Part shown: positions 1 to 8,715 of the stretch, piece after piece | How the letters are laid out: every line of letters begins with the position of its first letter | Numbering within the stretch: position 1 is the first letter of the stretch | Notes under the pieces: model-generated | What the model was told of the DNA's origin: nothing | Databases searched by the model: none | What the model saw: only the letters and a program-made list of their open reading frames with translations | Assembly (NCBI GenBank): GCA_938074535.1 | Contig: CALJER010000016.1 | Coordinates: 7,816-71,815, forward strand | From: an uncultured archaeon | GTDB lineage: Archaea > Hadarchaeota > Hadarchaeia > Hadarchaeales > WYZ-LMO6 | Length of the DNA: 64,000 nucleotides | Direction of reading: 5' to 3' | Made by a program: the position numbers and the translations under genes

Positions 1-317
1 TCGTGTTCCTCCCTTTGGACCACCATCCCCAGGTCGTGCAGGACAGCCGCCAGGAAGACCACGATCTCGGAGTCCTCTTGGGAGAGGTGGTGATCCCTCA
101 CCACCCCCGGCCTTTCCACTCCCTCGAGCAGATGGGAGAGGCGCAGGGCGGCGTTGGCCACGATCTTCACGTGCACCGGTCCGTGGTCGGTGAAGCCCAG
201 CCGGTCTATGGCCATCACGTTGGAGCACTTCCAGAGCTCCTCCAGCTCTGGGTCGCTCTCCACCCTCTGGATGAGCTTTTTGAGCTTTTCGTTCTCCGTG
301 GGGATGTTCAGCTTCAT
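1..317 (-). CDS. HD-domain metal-dependent phosphohydrolase; C-terminus lies outside the window
   Basis: Not in ORF track because it runs off the window. Manual reverse translation from ATG at 317-315 gives MKLNIPTENEKLKKLIQRVESDPELEELWKCSNVMAIDRLGFTDHGPVHVKIVANAALRL...AAVLHDLGMVV, with an H...HD signature. The + ORF 3..344 is its antisense shadow. Confidence 0.6.
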   Translation of the reverse strand, partial: MKLNIPTENEKLKKLIQRVESDPELEELWKCSNVMAIDRLGFTDHGPVHVKIVANAALRLSHLLEGVERPGVVRDHHLSQEDSEIVVFLAAVLHDLGMVVQREEH

Positions 318-432
318 CCTTTCCCTCTCAGGTTCGGGGGGTAGATTATATTTCCTTCTGATTTGTTTCTATTTCTTCCTCCTTGTTACAAAATTGTTAA
401 ACTGTGTGGCATTTTTTCATCTCTGCTACCCG

Positions 433-446
433 CCTTTTATAAAAGG
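433..446. promoter_or_regulatory. Perfectly palindromic TATA-like element CCTTTTATAAAAGG in an AT-rich divergent intergenic region
   Basis: Read directly. It lies about 30-55 nt upstream of the candidate starts at 476/497. A second TATA-like ATTATATTT at about 345-353 lies about 30 nt upstream of the minus-strand ATG at 317. Confidence 0.4.
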
Positions 447-475
447 TGTCCTGAAAGGGAAAAAAGCGGGGGGAA

Positions 476-820
476 GTGGAAGGACTGAAAATAAAGATGG
501 GGGAAAACGAGGTTTCGGAGCTTATAAGGAAAGAACTGCAGCAGAGCCTCTCCGAGGAACTGAAGGGGCTCATAGAACCCACCCTCCGGCGGTCCATCTT
601 GGAGGGTCTAGACAAGCTGAAGATGGGGGAGCTGAAGACCTCCGTGGTACAGAAGACCAAAAAGAGGATGGAAGAGAAGTTGGAAAAAATGATAGAGGAA
701 ACCCTGGAGAAGACCACTCTCCAGGACATCAGTGGGGCGCTCCTGTCGGCGCTTGACAGGAGCGTGGAGGAGATAAAGAAACTGCTGGAGGGCACGGTGA
801 ATAAACCTGGGATGGGATAG
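476..820 (+). CDS. Hypothetical Glu/Lys/Leu-rich, probably coiled-coil protein
   Basis: ORF track 114 aa. GTG start at 476, alternative ATG at 497. Helical, charged composition unlike the shadow ORFs. First gene of a co-directional four-gene set. Confidence 0.45.
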   Translation: MEGLKIKMGENEVSELIRKELQQSLSEELKGLIEPTLRRSILEGLDKLKMGELKTSVVQKTKKRMEEKLEKMIEETLEKTTLQDISGALLSALDRSVEEIKKLLEGTVNKPGMG

Positions 821-822
821 GC

Positions 823-1809
823 TTGGGAATCCTGGAAGCCTCGGAGTCCCTAAAACATCTTTTGGCCGGCGGCGCGGACCGCGAGGGCGATAACCCGAGT
901 GCGAAGAAGGTTCAGGAGCTCGAGGTGGAGAGTTCGCAGGAGGTGCCTTCCCCGGAAGTTACCCCGACCCCCAAACCTTCGGTGGGGAGGTACTCCCGCC
1001 TTTCCTTACCTCACCTAAGGAGCCTGGGGGAGAAGTGGAACTCGTTTGCCATCGCCGTAGGGTTGGGTTTTCTCAACCTCTGGAACAAGAAGCATTTCAT
1101 CTTTCCCATTCTGCTGGTTTGCTGCGCCTTGACCCTCTGGTACCACAGCTTCACCCACTCCCTTTTCTCCTTCACCCTCGCCGTGACCTTCCTCCTCACC
1201 ACCCTCTTGCTAGCCTTCATCGGGCTGGTGGTGATGGACTACATACAGAAGGATCTAGCCTCCACGGGGAGAGTGGTGACCCAGACGTTGGTGGGGGTTT
1301 CCCTGTTGCTTGGCTTCCTCTTCTACCTCGACTTTTCCATAGGCGGCTTCCTCCCCGCCCCACCCCTTCTCATCCTGCTTTCCATTATGTGGGCCGTCCC
1401 CATCCTGCCCTATGCGCTCTTAGCCATCTTCCTCCCACCCCTGGTAGGTCGCTTTCCGCGGTTCAGGTCAAGCTGGGGGTCCCTCAGGGAGAAGTACCCG
1501 TTCTGGGCGATCTACTGCGCAGTGCTGGGTGGTTTGATGATTCTCTACGTGCCTCTGAAGTTCCTCCCCATGTACATGTACGCCTCCTTCGTTTTCTGGG
1601 GGATGTTCCTGGGGAGTTCCTGTCTGGCCATGGCAGCCATCATGGCCATGTTCCCCAAGAGGGACTCGTGCAAAATCGTGGGTCTTTTCCTGGTCATCAT
1701 GGCAGCCCTCTCCTGGATGGGGACGCTCGGGGGAGCCCTCCTGGGCTCCCTCTTCTGCATAGCGGCCGGAGCCCACGCGTACGCGTGGAGGCCGGCTTCA
1801 GGGTCATAG
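823..1809 (+). CDS. Hypothetical polytopic membrane protein with a soluble Pro/Glu-rich N-terminus
   Basis: ORF track 328 aa. About 7-8 hydrophobic segments follow residue 75. The TTG start is 2 nt after the previous stop. Confidence 0.55.
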   Translation: MGILEASESLKHLLAGGADREGDNPSAKKVQELEVESSQEVPSPEVTPTPKPSVGRYSRLSLPHLRSLGEKWNSFAIAVGLGFLNLWNKKHFIFPILLVCCALTLWYHSFTHSLFSFTLAVTFLLTTLLLAFIGLVVMDYIQKDLASTGRVVTQTLVGVSLLLGFLFYLDFSIGGFLPAPPLLILLSIMWAVPILPYALLAIFLPPLVGRFPRFRSSWGSLREKYPFWAIYCAVLGGLMILYVPLKFLPMYMYASFVFWGMFLGSSCLAMAAIMAMFPKRDSCKIVGLFLVIMAALSWMGTLGGALLGSLFCIAAGAHAYAWRPASGS

Positions 1810-1852
1810 GAAGGAGTCCTATGACGTAACAAAAAAAAAGGAGGTATGGAAA

Positions 1853-2344
1853 ATGGAGGGGTTCGGAAAAATGGCGGCGGTTGGGCTGGCGTCGGTAGCG
1901 AGTGTAATAGTGTTCTCCACGGTGATGGGAGTGGGTCTGGCGATGCCCGTGGACGACTTTCAGCTCAGGGCGGGAAGCATCGACGGGCAGAACCTGAACA
2001 TGTACGTGGGGACCATGGACAACTACGGTGGAAAGATTTTCCAGGAGCTGAGCAGCGCCACCCTCTCCAACTTGGAAATAGTGAAGGAAATGAGCCTAGG
2101 GGGGCTGACGATAAGGACCCTCATCCGGAGTCCGCAGGCGTCGGCCAGCGGGGTGCTGATGAAGTGCGATAACTTCTCGGCGGGAAGCATGAGGGCCACC
2201 AACCAGCGCATAGGTCCCTACGGGGGCAGAGACTTCGCCGTGACCGCGGACACCCTTCGCGTGGAGAACGTCAGCGCCTGGGTAACCGAGATGGTCGTGG
2301 CCTCCCTGGACCTGGGGAACATGGTGATAAAGCTTGAGACGTGA
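1853..2344 (+). CDS. Hypothetical secreted or membrane-anchored protein with an N-terminal hydrophobic segment
   Basis: ORF track 163 aa. GGAGGT at 1840-1845 lies 7 nt before the ATG at 1853. N-terminus is MAAVGLASVASVIVFSTVMGVGLA. C-terminal motif LRVENVSAWV is shared with the next gene. Confidence 0.5.
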   Translation: MEGFGKMAAVGLASVASVIVFSTVMGVGLAMPVDDFQLRAGSIDGQNLNMYVGTMDNYGGKIFQELSSATLSNLEIVKEMSLGGLTIRTLIRSPQASASGVLMKCDNFSAGSMRATNQRIGPYGGRDFAVTADTLRVENVSAWVTEMVVASLDLGNMVIKLET

Positions 2345-2888
2345 AACCAGACGCCAGCCTTTTCATTTTTTCACGCTGGGAAGAAAGGGCACCGCCGCTG
2401 GCCTGCTGCTGGTCTTTTCCATCCTCCTGGCCGCCCCCCTCTTGGGAAGTCCCGGTGAGACCTTTCAGGTCTGGGCGTTCTACTCCTACACTTGGAGCGA
2501 GCTCCACATGGTGGGTTATGAGAACGAAAACGTTACGGTGGTCACCTCACCTTCCATCCACTTCGAAAACGTGAGGATGCTGGTGAACGGCATGTGGATA
2601 GAGCTAAAGAGCGCGGACGCCGAGAACTTCTATTTAAAGGCGAAGTACATGGAGACCGACATCATCATCCTGAACTTGGTGCCGCTGTGTCGCATAGTGC
2701 TGAATGGTTCCCACGTGGACCGGGGAATACCCTTGATCGGATGGATGCTGGGCCTGGAGACCTGCCACACCGCCGACGCCCACATGTATCCTCCCCTTAC
2801 CTGGATGGTACAGATGCGGAACACCTACATAGTGGCGGAAGAACTCAGGCTCAGCCTAGTTTCGGAGAACGTGAGGATCCATCTCTAG
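2334..2888 (+). CDS. Hypothetical secreted protein; distant paralog of the preceding gene
   Basis: ORF track 184 aa. TTG start overlaps the previous gene by 11 nt. Positively charged n-region, then LLLVFSILLAAPLLGSPG. Contains IHFENVRMLV and LVSENVRIHL motifs. Confidence 0.45.
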   Translation: MRRETRRQPFHFFTLGRKGTAAGLLLVFSILLAAPLLGSPGETFQVWAFYSYTWSELHMVGYENENVTVVTSPSIHFENVRMLVNGMWIELKSADAENFYLKAKYMETDIIILNLVPLCRIVLNGSHVDRGIPLIGWMLGLETCHTADAHMYPPLTWMVQMRNTYIVAEELRLSLVSENVRIHL

Positions 2889-3931
2889 AAGTAGTCCTTC
2901 ACCGCTTCCAGGGCTCTGGCCACCAGCTTGCTGGCATTCTCCAGATCGGAGAGGTCTAGGGTTTCCACCCCGGAGTGAAGGTAGCGGGTGGGAACACTTA
3001 TCACCCCTGTGGGTATGCCGGCCTTGGTCAGGGAGATGGCGGTCGCATCGGTGGTTCCGCCCCTGGCCACGTCCAGCTGGTAGGGGATTCCGTGCGCCTC
3101 TGCAGTTTCCGTGAGCCACCTGAGGACCCTCTCCGAGACGATGATGCCCCTCCCGCTGGCGTCCGTGACGGTGATGGAGGGACCCTTTCCCATCTCCAGC
3201 GCGGAGTCTTTCTTCTCTATTCCGGGGTAGTCACCTGGGAGGGAAACATCCAGGGCGATGGCCACGGAGGGCTCCAGACCGAAGGCCGAGGTCTTCGCCC
3301 CTTTCAGACCCACCTCCTCCTGCACCGTTCCCACCGCGTAGACCGTGGACTGCGTCCTGGTGCTCCTCACGGCTTCGATCATCACCGCCAGCCCAGCCCT
3401 GTTGTCGAAGGCCTTTCCCGTGACCCTACCCCCGATAAGGGGCCGAAGCTGCCGGTCCAGGGCGGCCACGGAGCCCACCCCTATCCCCGCTTCCCTGACT
3501 TCGGCTTCGCTCCTGGCCCCCACGTCTATGAACATGTTCTCCACCTTCACGGGCTTCTTCCTCTCTTCCTCCTCCAGCAGGTGGGGAGGCTTGGAGCCTA
3601 TCACCCCGTAGACGGATCCCTTTTTTGTCCTGAAGACCACCCTTTCGTTCAGAAGAGTCTGATCGAACCAGCCCCCCAGCGGAACGAACCTCAGGAAGCC
3701 CTTCTCGTCTATGTGCTTCACCATCAGCCCTATCTCGTCCATGTGGGCGGCCACCATGCAGGAGGGCTCGGATCCCCTCTTCACCCCTATCAGGTTGCCC
3801 ATGGCATCTTTTCTCATCTCGTCCACGAAGGGCTGGAGTTCCGCCTTCACGAGTTCCGCCACCTCTTCCTCCCTGCCCGAAATCCCTACGGCGTTGGACA
3901 GCTTCTCGAGCAGCTCTCCTACCCGGGACAT
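2885..3931 (-). CDS. M42 family aminopeptidase (TET/FrvX-like)
   Basis: ORF track 354 aa with typical M42 features (AHMDEIG, DNRAG, VQEEVGLKGA, DV..PGD). I prefer ATG at 3931 because GGAGGGTGG sits directly upstream; the track start at 3949 is GTG. Confidence 0.85.
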   Translation of the reverse strand: MSRVGELLEKLSNAVGISGREEEVAELVKAELQPFVDEMRKDAMGNLIGVKRGSEPSCMVAAHMDEIGLMVKHIDEKGFLRFVPLGGWFDQTLLNERVVFRTKKGSVYGVIGSKPPHLLEEEERKKPVKVENMFIDVGARSEAEVREAGIGVGSVAALDRQLRPLIGGRVTGKAFDNRAGLAVMIEAVRSTRTQSTVYAVGTVQEEVGLKGAKTSAFGLEPSVAIALDVSLPGDYPGIEKKDSALEMGKGPSITVTDASGRGIIVSERVLRWLTETAEAHGIPYQLDVARGGTTDATAISLTKAGIPTGVISVPTRYLHSGVETLDLSDLENASKLVARALEAVKDYF

Positions 3932-3998
3932 CCACCCTCCTTCCCCCACCGGCTCAAAAGCTTTTTCCCCTCGCTGGCCTGGAAAGTGGAGAGCAGAG

Positions 3999-4742
3999 AT
4001 GAAGGTGATCTACAGCGAGCGCTTCCTGACGGTTTACTCCTCCGACCCCGCTTCCGCACCGGGAAGGATGGAGGCCATCGTGAGGGAGCTGCGGGGGCAC
4101 GAGTTCTTGGAGCCGGAGCCCGCCGGGGAGGAGGATGTCCTTCTGGTCCATACCCCCTCCCACCTGGAGAGGGTGAAGGCCCTCCCTTCGGTCTACCCCG
4201 TGGCCCTGCTGGCGGCCGGAGGGGCCATAAAGGCTTCCGAGCTGGCCTGCGGGGGGGAGCCCTCCTTCGCCCTGGTGAGACCCCCAGGCCACCACGCAGG
4301 GCCCAGCAGCTTCTGGGGGTTCTGTTACTTCAATAACCTGGCCCTCTCCCTGCAGAGACTGCTCAGCCGGAGAAAGGTGGGGAAAGCGGCGATTCTGGAT
4401 TTCGACCTCCACTACGGCGACGGCACGGCAGCCATTTTTTCTGGCTCCAAGAGGGCTTCCTATCACCACGCCGAAGGGAGGAGGGAGGAACTACTGGAGG
4501 GGATAGCCTCCTTCCTCTCCAGGGAGGACTACGATCTGGTGGCCGTGTCGGCGGGCTTCGACAATCACGAAGAGGACTGGGGAGGCACCCTCAGCACCTC
4601 TGACTACAGGGAGATAGGGAGGATGGTGAAGGAGGGAGCGGAGGAGAAGTGCGGGGGGAGAAGGTACGGAGTGCTGGAGGGAGGCTACAACCACGCGGTC
4701 CTGGGAAGAAACGTCAGAGCCTTTCTGGAGGGATTCGGGTGA
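3999..4742 (+). CDS. Histone deacetylase/acetoin-utilisation (arginase-deacetylase superfamily) protein, short form
   Basis: Internal ATG of track ORF 3711..4742 gives MKVIYSERF... Catalytic motifs RPPGHHAG, DFDLHYGDGT and LEGGYN are present. The upstream part of the track ORF overlaps the M42 gene antisense. Confidence 0.8.
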   Translation: MKVIYSERFLTVYSSDPASAPGRMEAIVRELRGHEFLEPEPAGEEDVLLVHTPSHLERVKALPSVYPVALLAAGGAIKASELACGGEPSFALVRPPGHHAGPSSFWGFCYFNNLALSLQRLLSRRKVGKAAILDFDLHYGDGTAAIFSGSKRASYHHAEGRREELLEGIASFLSREDYDLVAVSAGFDNHEEDWGGTLSTSDYREIGRMVKEGAEEKCGGRRYGVLEGGYNHAVLGRNVRAFLEGFG

Positions 4743-5800
4743 GGGAGCTGGAGGAGCTGAGGGGATTCCGCCACGAGGTGGGCCCCATCCGTCCCCCTTC
4801 TGAGGGGGGAAGCTGTTCCCTCCTCCTGAGGGTGGTCAGGAACTGTCCCTGGTCCCTGTGCAAGTTCTGCTACGGTAAGCCCTACGGGAGGGGAAAGTTC
4901 TCCCTCCGGACGGTGGAGGAGGTGAAGGAGGAGGTGGAGAGGATGGGCAGGGTGGTGGAGCTCCTGCGAGAAAAAGGGGAGGAGGTGTGGGGGCTTCTCT
5001 CCTCCCTCCCGGGGGAGAGCAGGGGGGCCCTGCACCACCTCCTCTCCTGGTTCTCCTCGGGCAGCCGGACGGTTTTCCTGCAGGACGCCGACGTCCTCCT
5101 CATGCCCACCCCCCGGCTGGCGGAGATACTGGAGGAGGTCAGGAGGAGGCTGGGGGAGATGGAGAGGATCACCTGCTACGCCAGGGGGCGGTCCCTCTTC
5201 CGGAGGTCGGTGGAGGAGCTCAGGAGGCTCAGGGAGGCAGGGCTCTCCAGGCTGCATGTGGGTCTGGAGAGCGGGGACCAGGAGGTGCTGGAGAGGATGA
5301 ACAAAGGGCTGACTCCCCAGGAGGTGGTGGAGGGTGGGAGAAAAGCCAGGGAGGCAGGGCTGGAGCTCTCCCTCTACTACATCCTGGGCCTCGGAGGGGA
5401 GGAAAGGTGGGAGGCGCACGCCAGAAACACGGCTAGGGTCCTCAACGAGGTGGACCCGGAGTTCGTGAGGGTGAGGCGTCTGGTTCCTCTGAAGGGTACT
5501 CCCCTCTTCCGGGAGTGGAGGGAAGGGAGCTTCAGGCTCCAGAGCCCCCACGCTGAGCTGAGGGAGCTGAGGCTGCTGGTGGAGGAGCTGGAGTTCTCGG
5601 GGAGACTGTGCTTCGACCACTTCGCCAACCCCTTCTACCTCACGCCCGGGGGTCCCAGGTGGGTGTTCGACCGGGGGTATGGGGGCTACCGGTTTCCCAG
5701 CGAGAGGGAGGAGGTCCTGAAAAGGATAGAGGAGGGACTGGAAAGGGAGGAGGCCCTCTACGTCAGCTCGGCGAGCCTCTCCGTGCTGGAAACCCTTTGA
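4739..5800 (+). CDS. Radical SAM protein with a Cx4Cx2C cluster motif
   Basis: Track ORF 4649..5800. The GTG at 4739 overlaps the deacetylase stop (GTGA), giving MRELEELRGF... Motif NCPWSLCKFC. LHVGLESGDQEVLERMNKG is typical of the radical SAM core. Confidence 0.8.
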   Translation: MRELEELRGFRHEVGPIRPPSEGGSCSLLLRVVRNCPWSLCKFCYGKPYGRGKFSLRTVEEVKEEVERMGRVVELLREKGEEVWGLLSSLPGESRGALHHLLSWFSSGSRTVFLQDADVLLMPTPRLAEILEEVRRRLGEMERITCYARGRSLFRRSVEELRRLREAGLSRLHVGLESGDQEVLERMNKGLTPQEVVEGGRKAREAGLELSLYYILGLGGEERWEAHARNTARVLNEVDPEFVRVRRLVPLKGTPLFREWREGSFRLQSPHAELRELRLLVEELEFSGRLCFDHFANPFYLTPGGPRWVFDRGYGGYRFPSEREEVLKRIEEGLEREEALYVSSASLSVLETL

Positions 5801-5803
5801 GCC

Positions 5804-5983
5804 TCATTCGGGGAAGGTGATGGCGCCGGTGGTGCAGACGGCCTCGCAGGCCCTGCAGTCCACGCAGTCCTCGGCCTTTACCACCTTGGCCTTTTTGTTG
5901 TTCACTTCCAGCACGCTCACGGGGCAGGCGTTGACGCACTCCCCGCAGCCCGTGCATTTTTCGGTGTCTATCTTAGGCGGCAT
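5804..5983 (-). CDS. 2x[4Fe-4S] ferredoxin, 59 aa
   Basis: Below the track length cutoff. Manual translation: MPPKIDTEKCTGCGECVNACPVSVLEVNNKKAKVVKAEDCVDCRACEAVCTTGAITFPE, with two CxxCxxCxxxC motifs. Lies 40 nt downstream of feoB on the same strand. Confidence 0.85.
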   Translation of the reverse strand: MPPKIDTEKCTGCGECVNACPVSVLEVNNKKAKVVKAEDCVDCRACEAVCTTGAITFPE

Positions 5984-6023
5984 CTTTTTTCGTAACTCCC
6001 GGTGTATTTAAACCTTATCCGGG

Positions 6024-7937
6024 TCAGACACCCGCCAGGGAGAGGAGCCGGTACATCACTCCTCCCAGCCACAGCGCGAAGAGGACCTCCGCGGCCGCGA
6101 TGTAGAGGGACCTCTTCCAGCCCACTTCCCTGACCAGCGCAGCCAGCGTGGCCACGCAGGGGAAGTAGAACACGGTCACGGTGGCGAAGGTGATCATCTG
6201 GGCGTGGGTGAGGTGGAGGGAGAGGTCCGGGCCCAGGAGCAGGGTGAGCATGATGAGGGTGAGTTCCTTCCTCAGCAGGCCGAAGAGCAGGGTCACTCCG
6301 GCCACCGCGGGCAGGCCCAGCCAGCCCACGGTGAGGGGGCTCAGGAGGTCGGAGAGGGGGTCCAGGAGGCCGCCCGCCCTCAGGGCCGTGAGAACCAGGC
6401 TCCCCCCCAGGATGAAGGGGAGGGCCACGTAAAAGAAGTCCTTGGTCCTGTTCCAGCTCTGCCGGAGCACGGTGGGAAGATGGGGCCTGCGGTAGGGCGG
6501 AATCTCCATGATCAGCCCCACGGGCTCCCCGGGCATGATTTTGAAGGCCAGCCTGCCGAGCAGGAAGATTGCCGCCAGGTCCAGCAGGTAGAGGCCGAGG
6601 GCCCAGCCCATACCCACGAACCTCCCCACCAGTCCCAGGATCACCACCGTCCTGGCCGCGCAGGGCACGAGGGTGGAGAGGAAGACGGAGAGGACTCTTT
6701 CCCTCTCCGTTTCCATGATCCTGCAGCCCAGGCAGGCCGGGACGTTGCACCCGTAGCCCAGCAGGAGGGGGATGAAGGCCTTCCCGTGCACCCCCAACCT
6801 GTGCATGAGCCCGTCCATGAGGAAGGCGCCCCTGGCCAGGTATCCGGAGTCCTCCAGCAGGGTGAGGAGCACGTAAAAGGGAAGGACGAAGGGCAGGACT
6901 ATGGTAAGACCAGCGAGCAGCCCCCCCACCACCCCCTCTCCCGCCAGGCTCCCCAGCCTTTCTGAGGTCCCCTTTACCAGGGGCTCCGTGAGCCCCTCCA
7001 GCACCCCCTCCACCCTCCCCCCTACCCAGAAGACCGTCAGGAGAAGGGAGAGGAGCAAGCCCGCCAGCAGGGGATAGCCCAGCAGGGGGTGGGTGGTCAG
7101 GGCATCCAGCCTTTCGGTTCGGGCGGGTCTTGGATGGATCCTCTGGCTCCGGCTCGCTATCCTGTGGGCCAGGCTGTACCTGCAGGAAGTGAGGAGGGTG
7201 GAGGCCTTCTCCCCATAGAGCCCCTCCAGCTCCCGTGAGTACTTCCCCGCCAGTTCGACCGCCCTGGGTGAAACCCTGCCCACGAGCCTCTTGACTTCTT
7301 CGTCACCCTCCAGGAGCTTCAGGGCCAGCCATCTGGGAGGATACCCGGTCCCCGCCTTCTCCAGCAGGGGGAGAAGGGAACGCACCCTCCTCTCGATTTC
7401 CCTCCCGTAGGAGAACCTGTGTGGCCTGATCCTCCTCCTGCCTTCCGCCACCTCCACGGCCCTCTCCAGCAGGGAGTGTATTCCCCTCCCCCTCACGGCC
7501 ACGGTGGGCACCACGGGAACCCCGAGCTCCCTCTCCAGCCTCTTGGGATCCACCCTCACGCCCTTCCTCTCCGCCACATCCACCTGGTTGAGGGCCACCA
7601 CCACTTTGGGCTCCAGCTCCAGCAGCTGGAGGGTGAAGAAGAGGTTTCTCTCCAGAGAGGAGGCGTCCACTACGTTGATCACCACATCCGGTTTCTCTCC
7701 GGCGATGTACTCCCTGGAGATTTTTTCCTCGAGGGAGAAAGTGGAAAGGGAGTAGATACCGGGGAGGTCGATCACATCCACCACCCTTCCCCTGAAATAC
7801 AGGGTCCCCTCCGCCTTCTCCACGGTCTTCCCGGGCCAGTTGCCCACGTGCTGGTGGAGGCCGGTGAAGTGATTGAAGATCACCGATTTCCCCACATTGG
7901 CGTTGCCGGCCAGAGCTACTCTGATCTTGGCCTTCAT
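6024..7937 (-). CDS. feoB: Ferrous iron transporter FeoB
   Basis: ORF track 637 aa. N-terminal G domain ([16 protein letters not shown]) followed by a polytopic membrane domain. Confidence 0.92.
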   Translation of the reverse strand: MKAKIRVALAGNANVGKSVIFNHFTGLHQHVGNWPGKTVEKAEGTLYFRGRVVDVIDLPGIYSLSTFSLEEKISREYIAGEKPDVVINVVDASSLERNLFFTLQLLELEPKVVVALNQVDVAERKGVRVDPKRLERELGVPVVPTVAVRGRGIHSLLERAVEVAEGRRRIRPHRFSYGREIERRVRSLLPLLEKAGTGYPPRWLALKLLEGDEEVKRLVGRVSPRAVELAGKYSRELEGLYGEKASTLLTSCRYSLAHRIASRSQRIHPRPARTERLDALTTHPLLGYPLLAGLLLSLLLTVFWVGGRVEGVLEGLTEPLVKGTSERLGSLAGEGVVGGLLAGLTIVLPFVLPFYVLLTLLEDSGYLARGAFLMDGLMHRLGVHGKAFIPLLLGYGCNVPACLGCRIMETERERVLSVFLSTLVPCAARTVVILGLVGRFVGMGWALGLYLLDLAAIFLLGRLAFKIMPGEPVGLIMEIPPYRRPHLPTVLRQSWNRTKDFFYVALPFILGGSLVLTALRAGGLLDPLSDLLSPLTVGWLGLPAVAGVTLLFGLLRKELTLIMLTLLLGPDLSLHLTHAQMITFATVTVFYFPCVATLAALVREVGWKRSLYIAAAEVLFALWLGGVMYRLLSLAGV

Positions 7938-7941
7938 CCCT

Positions 7942-8559
7942 TCACCCGACGGGTTTCACGAAAACCTTGGAAGCCAGCCCCCTGCCCACCGCCAGGGTCG
8001 TGCCCCTCACCCTCAGCATCAGGGGTCCTCTGAACAGGGCGGACTTCAGGACCTCCACCTCAGTCCCGGGGGTGAGCCCCATGTCGGCCAGTCTGCGGCA
8101 GGCGGAGGTGCCACCCGAAAGGGAGGAGATCAACCCCTTTTGGCCCTCCAGCAGGCCCGTGAGAGGGAGGGAGCCTGGAGGCAGTCCCTGGGGCAGCTTC
8201 TGGGCCTCCATCCGCCGGTGGATGGCGGTCTCCACCTCTTCCGGGATGTGGTGCTCCAGTTCGCAGGCCTTCCGGTGGGCCCTGGAGGGTGGGAGGCCCA
8301 GGCTGCTGAGGAACCTCTCCATCACCCTGTGTTTCCGGAGGACGCCCCTCCCCACCTCCTCCCCCCTCCTGGTGAGGGTAACCCCTCTGTAGGGGTGGCG
8401 GCGGAGGTAGCCCCTCCTGGCCAGCTTTTTGAGCATGAGGGTGGCGCTGGAAGGGGCCACCCCCAGCTCCCTGGCCACCCTCGTGGTGGTGGTCCTTTCC
8501 CCCCTCTCCTTCAGGCGGTAGAGGGCCTCCAGGTATTCCTCCGAGCTTTCGTTGGTCAT
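7942..8559 (-). CDS. DtxR/MntR-family metal-dependent repressor with a C-terminal FeoA/SH3-like domain
   Basis: ORF track 205 aa. EEYLEALYRL...RVARELGVAPSSATLMLKKLARRGYL is a wHTH. HRVMERFL and ACELEHHI belong to the dimerisation/metal domain. The C-terminal GTEVEVL...LAVGRGLASKVFV is FeoA-like. Confidence 0.85.
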   Translation of the reverse strand: MTNESSEEYLEALYRLKERGERTTTTRVARELGVAPSSATLMLKKLARRGYLRRHPYRGVTLTRRGEEVGRGVLRKHRVMERFLSSLGLPPSRAHRKACELEHHIPEEVETAIHRRMEAQKLPQGLPPGSLPLTGLLEGQKGLISSLSGGTSACRRLADMGLTPGTEVEVLKSALFRGPLMLRVRGTTLAVGRGLASKVFVKPVG

Positions 8560-8564
8560 TCCTG

Positions 8565-8584
8565 AATTTAGGCGTGCCTAAATT
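8565..8584. promoter_or_regulatory. Iron-box-like operator: perfect inverted repeat AATTTAGGC-GT-GCCTAAATT overlapping a TTTAAATT TATA element
   Basis: Read directly. Lies 6-25 nt upstream of the repressor ATG at 8559. The TTAGGC/GCCTAA half-sites resemble DtxR/IdeR-type boxes. Confidence 0.55.
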
Positions 8585-8715
8585 TAAAGGACGAGGAAAA
8601 CCTGGGAGCATCCTGGGTGAACACAAGGGATAACCCTTAACGTGTTTTAATTTCAGTAACGCTTATACCCCCTTCCTGCCACTTCTCCTGATGAAAGGGG
8701 GTGGAGGGAGCAAGG

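Noticed and set aside
3-344. 113-aa + strand ORF at the window start
   Set aside because: His/Gly/Val/Leu-rich nonsense composition. The opposite strand encodes a clean HD-domain protein starting at 317, so this is an antisense shadow ORF.
2975-4336. 453-aa + strand ORF
   Set aside because: Gly/Pro/His/Arg-rich, low complexity. It is antisense to the M42 peptidase and off-frame to the deacetylase gene. This is a typical GC-rich shadow ORF.
4685-5620. 311-aa minus-strand ORF
   Set aside because: Pro/Leu/His-rich mirror of the radical SAM gene, with no recognisable domain.
5968-6965. Long ORFs 5968..6750 (-) and 6204..6965 (+)
   Set aside because: Both lie inside feoB in other frames or on the other strand and have Gly/Pro/Arg/His-rich composition. 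feoB explains the region.
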